Assembly (NCBI GenBank): GCA_973895155.1
Contig: OZ316898.1
Location: forward strand, 14,848,330-14,912,329
Reading direction: 5' to 3'
Length of the DNA: 64,000 nt
Origin: Marsupella aquatica
Lineage: Eukaryota; Plantae; Marchantiophyta
Position numbers and translations under genes: made by a program
The notes under the pieces: model-generated
What the model was told of the DNA's origin: nothing
The model's database searches: none
What the model saw: only the letters and a program-made list of their open reading frames with translations
Shown here: positions 38,676 through 50,385 of the stretch, in pieces
How positions within the stretch are numbered: position 1 is the first letter of the stretch
Layout: each line of letters opens with the position of its first letter

Positions 38676-40392
38676 TGTCGTATAGCCAAAAGAACAAAAA
38701 GGAACACTTTTTACATAAAGACTCGGAATACGATCCCTTTAAGAACAGATTTGGAAAGAATTGAATGAATTTATCTCTCTGAGTAATCTAAAGCTCTCAG
38801 CACATAGATTTCTTGTTTCTCACTAAAAGATCAAATAAACAAAACACCAAAGTAAAATAAACTTCTGTCTTATGAGTCAAGAGAGAGTCAATTATGGTCT
38901 GAAAACTCTGATTAGCTATTGCCACTCCTTCAAAAAGGACTATGGTCTTAGAATAGACATAAAACAAGTCGCATAACTCACTAATTTCTCTCCTGACTAA
39001 ATAAAATTGCATGATAAGGAATTTCCAATTTGCTAAACAAGTATTGCTCTGGTTACAAATGTAATGATATGACTTAAGATGCCGGCAACATAGTTTGACA
39101 TCAGCGATACGCAATTCCGTCAAACACTAAATCATATTCCATAAACAAAGTAACGGTACTGAATACTCTGAGAACCAAACTTTACTTCTCACATATCAAA
39201 CAACAACTCTTGAATTAGCTAGCGAATCTTGACCCTTCAAGCAAGCCTAGCAGTGAATTCAATGTAAGTCACAGAAGTTTGTAACTGAATTCAAGTATCA
39301 AGAAATTTCTTGAATTCATAAATTCAAACATAAGTTTTACTTCTATACAAGACTTTTCTTGTTAAAATGGAAGGAGGGAAACTAACAGAAGTCTGATTGG
39401 AATTGTCCCCCCTCTTCCGAATGGAAAAAACATGAGGTTTTATAAGTAAAGGTTCCCTTAACTGAAAAGGCATGACTTTTCAAACCTCATATATCTAAAA
39501 GACAATCCTAAAAGAAATAAAGAAATGCATTGGAGACTTAGTGGACGCTTTGTAGAGCGTCGGTGCTTTCCGGTAAAACTAATAAACAGTGGTGTTAATC
39601 TAATTTTAACTTCTAAACTAAAAGTCAGAATGAGCTGAGACTTTTCTAGAGTACCCTACTACATATAATCTCTATGCTGGTAAAGTTTCAAACTTCTCTG
39701 AGGTCTCTAAGTGCCTCAAATAAATCGGTGAAAGTGGCACGGTGTTATAAAAGTGCGAAAATCAGAAATATTTCTAAGTGTCGGGAAGATAGTGGATGCT
39801 TCAGAAAGCGTCCAAACCCACAAAGGACTTTTGTGGACGCTTCAGAAAGCGTCGGCTGAATTTTGAGGTTTGGTCGCGGCGTCCGTCTTCCGGCCTTCAG
39901 GTGGGACGCTTCAGAAAGCGGCGAAGTCTGTCTTGGCGGACGCTTCAGAAAGCGTCGATTCTGCTTTGTCTTCGAACATGGTTGGACGCTTCACAAGGCG
40001 TCACTTCTCATGTGGACGCTTCAGAAAGCGTCTCATCAGACTTTGGGGTTAGCGGACGCTTCAGAAAGCGTCTTAAAGCGTCCGGTGTCTGGTTCAAATA
40101 GACGTTTCACGAAGTGTCTTCTGTTCCGTGGTATCGGTGAAGGACGGCTCAAAAAGCGTCGTGGTTAAGGGGGTCGCATCTGGTTGGCAGCAACCATGGA
40201 CGCCTCAGCTGTCTTGAGGTTTATTGGCTTTGTAACTTGGGACGCTTCAGAAAGCGTCCTTAGTTAGACTAAGTGAGTTAACCGCCAAATGGAAAGTAGA
40301 CGCTTCAGAAAGCGTCGTTTTTGCTCAAAAAGTTTGAAACGATTCAGATTTTTCTCTTATGGTCGTGTTTCAGCAAAAGTCTCCTTTCCACA
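38676..40392. mobile_element. Solo LTR (1717 bp) inserted in the transposase ORF
   Basis: TGTCG...CCACA termini, flanked by a perfect 5-bp TSD CTAGA (38671-38675 and 40393-40397). Confidence 0.9.
39540..40320. repeat. Interspersed 19-bp palindromic repeats GGACGCTTCAGAAAGCGTC inside the solo LTR
   Basis: About 13 perfect or degenerate copies. Arms GACGCTT/AAGCGTC surround a CAGA loop. Spacers are mostly ~10-50 bp and unique. Confidence 0.9.
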
Positions 40393-43300
40393 CTAGATTT
40401 ACCTCTTCCCTTACCTTTCCCCTTCTTTGATCTTGTAGAAGGGCCTGCATCATTAGCACTTTCAAAAGCTACTCCACAATCACTCCCAACATCAACAAAA
40501 CAAGTCACAGTATTTGGATCACATGTTTTTCTCTTACCAAGATTATAGTATGCCACTTGCTTCACCCTTGTCAGCCTATCTTTAGACAAATGAGGATTGC
40601 CCACTAGTTGACTCACCAAAGTTGATTTGTAAATTGTTCTGCCCTCATAGGTAACTGTAGGCAAAACCTTCTTTTTTTCCTACACAAGGCTTTGAATAGA
40701 CTCTGTAAGCTCAGCCACAACAGAAGATAGAACATGACGAACCTCATGCCCCAAAGTATCTACCTCTATAGAATGAGGTTTTGGTATGTCTAACTCAGCC
40801 CCATCCTGCAAAACATCATTAGGAATGGTTAGCTCATCTGTCAACCATGCATCAATTTGATTTAGATCTTCCTCGGGATCTTCAAATTCATGAAACTCTC
40901 CTTCTAGACGAGGTCCAATTGGAGATTTGTGCTCTACATGCTCTTCAGAATCATCAGCAACAACTGCCTCTTCTATTATAGCTGAATCTGGCCATGTTTC
41001 AACTTCCACATCCCAAGGGTGAGTCCACCATCGCTTTCTTGTTACTGGAAGATCACTTCGGGGAAACATTTGTAACCTTCTAAGCAACTCTTTTGCTTCT
41101 TCAAATCCTTCTTTCAACGCTGCAACAACCAACTCATTAGATTGCACTTCAGAGTAATAAAAAAGATTAGGTGCTTCTTCACCTTCAAGTAAAGGATGAA
41201 GCTTGGCCCACACATGATCTTGCTTCTTATGAGAGCGAGCTACTTTTAAGCCCTCTGGTCCACATTCTAATCCAGCAAGACGATTCAACCCAATAGTACT
41301 ATCTAACAAAGAGCCAAAATCATAATTCCTCTCATGGCCACTCATTCCACCTACCTTGCTGAAAAAGATCTCACAACAATCAGAACCCAATTCATGAAAT
41401 GGAATACACAAGTGAGAAAACTTATCACGAAATGCACATACAAGCAACACAACAAATTGACAAGACATATTAACATTATGAAAAGCTTGGATTGAAATCA
41501 TATTTTTCTCTGTATGTGAAGCAACATTTCCACCAACAGCATGATCACCGTACCTCAACCACAACCTCCACAATCAAAAGAACCAAGATACTTTGCCTGC
41601 CAGCTTCACTCTGGTTCTCAGGTCATATCTTTGGGAGTAGAAAATGTCAATGTAATCTGCACAGACCTGTAGATACAACTCTATCCCCAAACTTTGCTCA
41701 TACAACAGATCAGTTCTTACATGCAAATCTGCTAAACAATCACGCACCTTTTTGGATGCTATTCTTTGGGGACCAACCCAATTTTGACGATCAGATCTGT
41801 TCACATCATCCCAGTTCAGTCCATGTTGATGAATTGCATAGCGATTATACACATTACAAACATGAAACAAAGAAGAATGTTGGTCTCCAAGTGCCATTAT
41901 TGAGGACACTCGATCTAGTGGGTTAATCAACTTTTTCCCATTGTGAGGCTAGTCTTGATCACCAAAACCGTACAGGTCCCCATTAGGCAATATGGCAACT
42001 GAATATGGCCATCCTTCCCACCCTACACAGAATCTAGGGTAAGAGCCATTTGCTCCTCTGTAGTCTTCTAGCATCAATTTCCTACGTCTTGCATCACCAT
42101 CACTAGCATGCCCAAGCAAAGGACCTACAGAGTCTCTGCAGTGCACATCCCAACATTCTTTTAATTGCACCCAATGCTCTCGAACCCATTTTGCCTTGAA
42201 CTTGTTACAGGTAGATATAGCATAGAGGGCCAACTTTGGCATTCCAACATGCAATGGATTGACAATGACAACTCTAGCATACATGCCCTTGTTATAATCC
42301 TCAAATGTATTTACAATCCTATTATAGCCATCCTCACCGTCACCTACAAGAATCTCCAATCCAAATTCACAGGTATGCTCATCCTTATGGCCACGGAAAC
42401 CAATCAGAGTGTCATACTTGGCCTCCCACCTGCATAGAGCCCAATGAAAAGTAACTCAGATATAAAGAATTAGTAAAACTATGTCATGTATCACAAATAA
42501 GCTTCAAATGCTATGATATGCAAACATACCTTGGGCTTTCCTTTATCCTAGTTTCATCCTCTGCAAGCATGATAGGTACATCGCCTTGAATTCCTAGCAT
42601 CTCCTTTGCAACAGACAAAATCCAAGCCACCTCCTTGAATGTTTCTGGTCTAATTCTAACACGAAATTGCACAAATTTTGCTCTATCTCTTTTCAATGTC
42701 TTAAGGCTTGGCCCAGCTAAATTTCTTGCAAAAACATGGGCCACCTGTCGGCCCCCATACTGAAACATAGCCTGAGCTATGGCTTTTGTTTTTTGACTGT
42801 AACAAATCCCCCTTGCACTTCTCTCCAAATTTCTACTTACATCCTTCAAAAAATCCCAAAGACCTTCTTTTCCACCAAATGCACCATTCCTATGACCATT
42901 GACAATATTTTTTAGAAAAAGTCTCAAATCTTTTCTGTCTGCAGCTACTCCTAACAGTTCCTGCAATTTTCTCTTCCTAGTACTAAGGGCACACACTTTC
43001 TGAGTCTGTTGTGCCAACAACCATCTCTCCTTTCTTCTCTTGACATTCAGACCATGCATCTGTGTGGTCAACTCTGGACGTGTCAAATAACGTGCATTCA
43101 AACCACCCTCTGTGCTTCTTCCCCCTCTCTTTGCTAAAGCCTCCATTTCCCTGTGCACCCGTCCATGAGAGTCACCTTCTAGTGTTATAGCATGACATCT
43201 ACTGCAAAATAGGTTCAGAAACCCTCCACCATACAAGGACAACCTACAGCAATGTTTATGCCTAAATAATCCTTCTATATGTACAATAGAATTGGTGACA

Positions 43301-44855
43301 GGATTGCAGACATCAACAGAGGCTGCAACATCTAAATCCCATACATGTCCTCCACGTTGATCATGCAAGATAACTTTCACAGCATATTTCACATTCTTCC
43401 ACTCTACAAATTCATCCCATATTCCCCAGTAGAGCAAACTTAAGCCCACATCAATGTCTATAGACCCACCTGTGCCAGAGCTACTGCTTGCATTGGAAGC
43501 ATCCTCCTTGAAGAATTTTAGAATTGAATTATGTGAAGGATGTTGATCCCTCTCGTCTGGCTTCCTTGGTCTGCCCCTCTTTCCAGATCTCAATGCAAGT
43601 TCAGTAGTATTCTCTCTGGCTTCAACTACATCCAGATGACCCCGACTGACCAAGTGTGTCCTCAGGTTGTGATCCAAAGTCCCTTTCTTACAAACCAAAT
43701 CCATGATTGCCCCACAAACTTTACAACGAACCTTATAAAGGAACCACTTGTTTGCATTATTGGTTGACCCAGGCACAGGGGGCACATGAAATAGGTCATC
43801 ACCACCTCCACACTCAACATTCAGATTTTGAACTATCTCTAAGCCAGTTGCTATGGCCCCCTCATAATCAAACTCAGGCTTCTGTGCAAGATCTGAGGGC
43901 TTCACCCCAGTCATAGCAATACCCCTTCTCTTGTAGTAATTGTCTTTGTGTTTAGCAAAGGTGAGGTGCTTAGTCTTATAATTGCTAAACAGATTAGCAA
44001 TTGACTTCTTATCTTGGGAATTGTCTGCCCTCCCATAGACCACTCTGCATTCAAGACACTCCAAATGGCCTCTCACATCCTGTCCTTCATCCCAAGTTTG
44101 AATTCTCCAATTATGAGCTTTATAACCATTCTTGTGAATCCACTTCTCTAGTCTTATATATTCATCATTCCAGACTTTCACAGCTGCCTGAGACATGAGA
44201 AGAGACTCAAAAGAAGCTCTCATAGGGGGAGCTTCTTGAAGCTGTTCACCCTGTGAAGAGTCCACTGCAACCGATTGGGTGACAGCAGGAGATACTGATG
44301 GAAACTGTGTTCTACCAGTCGGCAAGGATCCTATTTGTTCAATGACAGCAACTTTCCCATCCAATTCAGACAACTCAGTCATTTTCTCACTCTTGACCTT
44401 CATGCAACCAGGAAGCCTATAATCCCAAAAATCAAAATCAAAATCAACCAAATCAGGAATTTGACTTAAAAAATCAGCTAAAGTTTGTCCTTCTTTGAAG
44501 GCCAACACAGCTATAGGTTCTTCATCTTTCCCATCAGTGACCACATCCCTTTTTTTGTGAAGTAATTTTACAAACTGGGCAGTCATTTCAATCAATTTGT
44601 TCAAGTTAAAGCATCAAGGGTTCTAAATACAATCACAGTCACATAATGAACCTGCCATACAACACAATGGACAAAATAGTACAAAATGTATTAGAGATTA
44701 CTCCAAAATAGTTCAAAAAACCTTTTGATCACCAAATTTGATGACCAACACAAAAAACTTTTGTTCATCATTGTTCACATTAGAGTAGTGCAGTGAATAA
44801 GTTGCTTTGTACCAGGACTTGACCAAAGCAATTCTACCAAAATATTTCACAGCAT

Positions 44856-45522
44856 CTAAGAGGTATGAGGCTGCACAGGAACCAATTCACCCTCAGGTAT
44901 TGCATGCCTATGACAATAAATAAAATGCCACCCTTCCACATCCCAATGGTCCCTGCCCTTCACACACCTCTTGAGGTGTTTCACCCCCCCAGGTGTCTCA
45001 TCATGACACCAACTACGAGGGCACCTACGACACTATACAAAGTCCTTAATCCCATCTTTGTAGATTTTACAGTACTCACAAAAATGCCTTGGGCAAATTA
45101 GGTTGTTTGGACTTGCTGGATGAGACCTTTGAGGCAATGCCCCAACCATAAGGAGCACCCTTAGGCAGCCAGGGTGGTAACGGGAAAAGCAATCAGGGTG
45201 GGCACAGTGCAGCACAAGCGACTCCTTTGCTGTGGGATGCTCGAATCTACCAATGAGTCCACAAAGCAAAGCATCTAGCTTTGCCAGCAGAACACAATTG
45301 ACAAACCCAGGGTGCCCTCCAGTCATTGTTTTTAGGCAATGTGACAGGAGTGCAAACGGTTCCCTGCATACCTTCTCCACCAACAAAGTGAAAATGTTTG
45401 CTGCAGGGCCCATCACAAAATACCACATCATCTGTTTCATCACAAAAGAAACAACAAGGGGGATCCATGCGATGGTGCTCCTTATGGGAAAATATGTCAA
45501 TTTGTGGCAGATCAAAAGCCAT
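44856..45522 (-). pseudogene. EDM2/NSD-like tandem PHD-finger cluster
   Basis: CFFCDETDDVVFCDGPCSKHFH...C...WVCQLC...CF; a frameshift leads to HCAHPDCFSRYHPGCL...ICPRHFCEYCK...V*CRRCPRSW...HWDVEGWHFIYCHRHAIPEGELVPVQPH*. Cys/His spacing and the IYC..H.I....L.PV..H tail match EDM2 as recalled. Confidence 0.75.
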
Positions 45523-46597
45523 CTTTTCTTGCAGATAGTGATTTTACCTCTGCACAACAAATCCATTCACTCAGCATCCATTTTGCAGCCCTCAATAATC
45601 ATCCATTCAACAGCACTGTATTCATAGTTATTGGTGCAACTACAGATTGGGCATCTTGGACGTAAGCATAGTTACCTTGATTAGTTGATTGAGGTCTACT
45701 GCTTCCACAATCTTGGATCAAAACGTATATTGCTGAAGCTTCTGAGATGCTTGGAACACTACACCCTAGACCAATCCATCCTGCAAGAAGAGTTTAGAGC
45801 ATATTAACTTATCTGAAAGGTGACTGAACTGAAAGACTGAAATTGAGGCCAGGTTCATTCCTCATGGAAATTGATTTCTTGGTAGAGGACACACCTGAGC
45901 TTGTGGAGACTATACAGAGATAGGAAGAAAGGCATATAAAGATCAAGATCTAACATAAAACGTCGAATACAAACACACACAAAAGTATATTGTTCCAAAG
46001 AGAACAATAGAGAACTTGTACAGACAACAAACTATTGATTCAAGTTGAGGCTGTTTTAACTACCTCGAGAAGCTGCCCTCTTCTTGAACAAGCTGCAGCA
46101 CAACACAGTGCCAAATGAATTTCAGTCGAAGCCTCTACTTCTAAATTGATTTTCAGCAATCCATGGAATTCAGATTTTGTGTCCAAGCTCTAGTATGTTC
46201 AGAGTGTTAAGCCATCTTTCAATGAATCCTTGCAAGCAAGATAGCACATAAATCTGCTTGGAAAAGAGGGGCAGATACAACATGGTTTCTTTGACAGAGA
46301 ACTCTAGGCATTGCATTGCATGACTCATGCACTCAGCTGATCAGGGACAGAGTGAGGGACAGAGCAGCTGGCTTGACAAGGAGCAAGCTGGCTAACAAAT
46401 CAAGCTCTATATAAGCAAAGACATTGCGCAGCAATTGTCGTGGTTGTAGATAGAGCAGCAAGTTACTAACAAAGCAGCAAGCTACCAAGCGCCCCGCCAA
46501 GCAAGATCCCATTGTCATTTACAGAGCAGCACACAACAACGAAGGCAGTTCAAAAGCACCAAGAGAGAGATAGAAAACTCCACCAAAAGTAGTTGTG

Positions 46598-47335
46598 CCT
46601 GATCACAACTTTGCGCGATCACAGCCTCGCCCCCCCTTCACAGCTCCGCGTGCGATCACAGCCTTGCCCCTTCACAGCCTTTCCCGATCACAGCAGCCTG
46701 ATCAGAAACTGCCCCTTGAGTGCAGCAGCCTTATCAAAATATTACCCCTGATCACAGCTTTGCCTTGACCGCAGCAGCCTGATCAGACTGAAATTGTCTA
46801 ATCAAAAGTCACCCTCGACCACAGCAGCCTCGATTGCCCCTCGATTGCAGCAGCCTGATTAAATTGTGCAATGCCAGCTCGGGTGACAGCTTTGCTCAAT
46901 TACTATATAGCAGCCTGATCCAAAGAAGTTTGAGTGATGAAAGCTTTGCTTGATCTCTACAGCGCCTCCCGCAGCGCCTCCATTGCCTGATAAAATTTTG
47001 TCCCCCTGATCACAGCAGCATTGACAGCAGCTCGCACGATCAAATGTCGCCCCAGATCACAGCAGCCTCAACAGCAGCATGATGAAATGTCGCCCCTCCA
47101 ATCACAGCAGCTCGATCAATCCAAAGTGGCCGCCTCCATCACAACAGCTCCATTCAAAGTTGCCCCGGCCCGATCATAGTCAAGATCACAACAGCTCGAT
47201 CCTAAGTTGCCCTCCCCCCGATCGATCTCAGCCTTGCCCGATAGTGCCTTGCTCGTTCAAAGCAGCAATACAGGACCTCAATCACTCAGCATTTCAGCAG
47301 CACCTCAATCACTCGACATCGCAGCGCCTACAACA
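46598..47335. repeat. Degenerate minisatellite built on GATCACAGCAGCC
   Basis: Many variants of (T/C)GATCACAGCAGCCT at irregular 20-50-bp spacing. Confidence 0.7.
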
Positions 47336-48347
47336 TGCAGCTCCTTTGGAAAAGTATCGAGGCAGACCTTCGCGACTCACCCCTGCAAACGATCATTCCC
47401 AAACATTCCCGTAAACAGCCAGGGCAAACCATGGCCGATTGATCGGGAAGGATCGTGGCCGCCCTTTGTAACCCTAAATCGGGCCCCTCCACGGGGGCTG
47501 CAACTAACACAGATTGAATGGACCCGGGTGACCCAATGTATGGCCGCGCGATGTTTACCCAAACATCACTAACTTGGATTGATGGCCCTAAGTAGCCCTC
47601 GACCTGCTACCTTAACCCTTGCCCTTAACTTCCCTCCTCACCGACTAACTCCCGCTCACACCAACAATTTGAATTTTGCCCTCAAATATATTGGCCATAA
47701 AATACACAGGCACTAAACTGGCTGGAGTTTATGAAAGGAGGTGCCACATGGACCAATTAAAAATTGACACGTGTACCCCATATATTCTATTGGCTAATAT
47801 GCCCTATCTGAAAGTTACAACTTATATTGAAGAACTGGGTTTTTTAGCAACCCTACTATACTTCTAAGTTGCCGGATTTATTTTTTAACCCCTATTGTTC
47901 TTCCTCAAAACTTCTTAAGTATTCTGCAAAATTGAATTAAAAAACCCTATACTTATTCGCGCGTGATGGGTCGGAAGTTATTAAGTGAGGACCCCGGGGG
48001 GGAATACATTTGTCTCCCTTCTCTTTGGCCCAAGGCCCTAAGCAAGGGCTCAATTGGGACTAAAGGGGCATGTAAGGCACGTAGGAGCAGGAAGCTCTAA
48101 GCGTCCTTTAATTTTTCCAGGAAAAGGCAACACATGGCGCAAGGGCAGCAAGGCAGCCAAATGGTGTAAGGAAATAAGAAGGGAATTCAGGCAACAGTTT
48201 GCCCTCGGCCTTTCTGGTGTTCACAATTGTTTTTGTAAACACTTTTTTGTTTCTTTTATTTCACGCAAGTTTGTATTTTTGTTTGAACAGGTGTTGACTC
48301 CCGTGCCGTTTGCTGTAAATTCAAATATACTTTGATTCCCTAGAGGA

Positions 48348-48475
48348 GAGATATATCAACCTGGAGGACAACCCAATTAGGGTGGAGGTCCAAGGTAGCG
48401 TGAATACCCACAATAACTGTCTCACAATTGCCAAAAACATGCACCCACTGCAAACTGACGTGGAGAGAGATGATA
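48348..48475 (-). mobile_element. Short fragment of the CRE-clade RT
   Basis: Translates GNCETVIVGIHATLDLHPNWVVLQVDIS, matching copy 1 GGCETVIAGIRATLDLHPDWVVLQVDVS (~24370-24492). Confidence 0.9.
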
Positions 48476-49072
48476 CCTTGTTGATGGATTATGGGAGAGA
48501 TGGAGTTGTCAATATACATTGGGCCGGCTATCAATGCCGTCCTAATTGAAGTGATATTGGTATTTTCTGAAATTTTGGATTAAATTTTTCTCTGGTCGAA
48601 GTTGGGTCATGCATTATCATGTCAGGTTGCTAGTGGATCATCAGGTCAAAGACCAGTCCATCATAATTTAGCATGAAAACATGTGAAACCAATCAATGTG
48701 CAAAGATCTATCTAACAATTCAAAGGGCAGTTGAAAACCAAGATAAGGGATTCTGATCTAAGATGAAACCTCTCTACCAACTCTCAGGCACGTACAGCTC
48801 CAGTGAAGACGGGCACAATGATACTGGGTACTTATGAGCAAAGCTTGGGCATTCATGCTAGTGATGCCATATATGAAAGTCTGGTCATGTAAATGTTTCA
48901 ATCAAACCAGCATCATTGACAAGAAACAGCCTGAAAAAATATAGTCACAGATGTTATGTCTACTCATCAAAGTATCAGTCAAACAAAAGACAATAGAGCC
49001 AATTACTCTCTAGAATAACAACCTGGACAGCTTCTAGTAAGACCATAAGATACGGCACTGGTATATTAAGCA

Positions 49073-49417
49073 TGTTAGGATTTACTCTTAGGTCTAGAGT
49101 AACGACTGTACCGTAGTTAAGGCTAACCTTAGTCGCAGACTTGGTTAGGTTAGTCATGCTGTGCACACTCTATACCCAAGCGGTGTTTGCTTGGAGAGGG
49201 AGAACTCAGGCTCATTGTTACGGAGCTAGGTGAGAGATAGAGAGAGCTTGCGTTGTGGATGCTTGGTATGGCCGATCGACCTAGAGTGTAGTAAAGCTCA
49301 TGTGTGTTCCCGTGGACGTAGGCTCATGTGGAGGTGAACCACGTATTTCTTTGTGTTGACTATTGTGCGTTGGATGGTTCATGGGCTTGCCGTTGCGATT
49401 GTTGTCTATGCTCAACA
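49073..49417 (+). mobile_element. Solo LTR, 345 bp (strand relative to the sister copy only)
   Basis: TGTTAGG...CTCAACA termini with a perfect TSD AAGCA (49068-49072 and 49418-49422). Confidence 0.88.
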
Positions 49418-50028
49418 AAGCATGCCTGTCCATGCATCAAGACGTACATAATTAGACCATCATCATATTGGATGAACGTGGCAAACAAAATCAGAGTCTT
49501 TGTTCATGGGGTCCGGTAAGTGCACATCAAAATATGTCATACATGGTGTATGACATCGTTCCATATCATGATAAATGCCGTTATTTTCTTTAAATCAGTG
49601 AGTGCACATTGTATATTACCACATTTTGATATGTGATTATCAGCAGGGTTTGTTCATCCCCTATCCCTGCCCCTGCCCCATTGCTGAGCTGGAGCTACAC
49701 ACCCTGCCACACATTCTCCCCTAGCTTGCCACCTGAACCTCCACCCCAGGTCCACACAAGCCCCCTAGTGCTTAATACCATAATTCTTGTCCAATCACAG
49801 AGAGAGAGAGAGAGACTGAGACTCTTCATTGCTCAAACATGTTCCACCTCTAGTTATATTAAAGGAGTGTCCAAGACTTCTCCCCTTTTCACATTTCTCT
49901 CCCCTACTATAAGACTTTGCTTCACAATTTTAGGTTCACCAGGTTTTTGTCATGGCTAGTGCCTCTTTAAGGGTTTTCCTTGGGTTTTGAAGTAGGCCTC
50001 GATGGCGCAAGTAGACACAACTATGTTA

Positions 50029-50385
50029 TGTTGAGCAAAGATGATATTCACAACGACAAGCACATGATCATCCAACACAGGGCATGCACAAATAATCAAC
50101 ACAAAGCGATACATGGTTCCTCTCAACTGAGGCTACATCCATGAGAACAAACAAGAAACTACACTCCAGGCCCATTGGCCATACCAAGTGTTTGCAATAC
50201 AAGTTCTTGCTATCTCTCAATTGGCTCGGTTGGGGCTTAGTTACATTGAGCATGAGAGCCCCCTATCCAAGCAAACACTGTTTGGGGATATAGTGTGCAA
50301 CATGACTAACCTAACAAAGTCCGTGACTAAGGTTAGCATTAAAATATGGTTATAGTCCTCTAGACTTAATAGTAAATGCCTAACA
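50029..50385 (-). mobile_element. Solo LTR of the same family, opposite orientation
   Basis: Its reverse complement aligns with 49073-49417 (GCTAACCTTAGTC...GTTAGGTTAGTCATG...GTGTTTGCTTGGA). TG...CA ends. TSD TGTTA/TATTA (4/5). Confidence 0.82.

Larger units (their letters stand above)
38305..44604 (-). pseudogene. P-element/THAP9-type DDE transposase (decayed, intron-containing)
   Basis: Ordered motifs IMLAEDETRIK, GHASDGDARRRKLM, DQD*PHNGKKLIN (DxxH) and GSDCCEIFFSKVG. A GT-AG intron at 42430-42529 splices in frame (ESPR|WEAKYDTLIGF). ORFs 41949-42359, 41574-41930, 40680-41573 and 40344-40664 are one frame broken by three single stops. The C-terminus (EFWLGRIMMMRHK...) resumes beyond the solo LTR. 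Confidence 0.75.

Noticed and set aside
39790-40320. CRISPR array
   Set aside because: Repeat only 19 bp, spacer lengths irregular, no cas genes, and it lies inside a TSD-flanked eukaryotic LTR.
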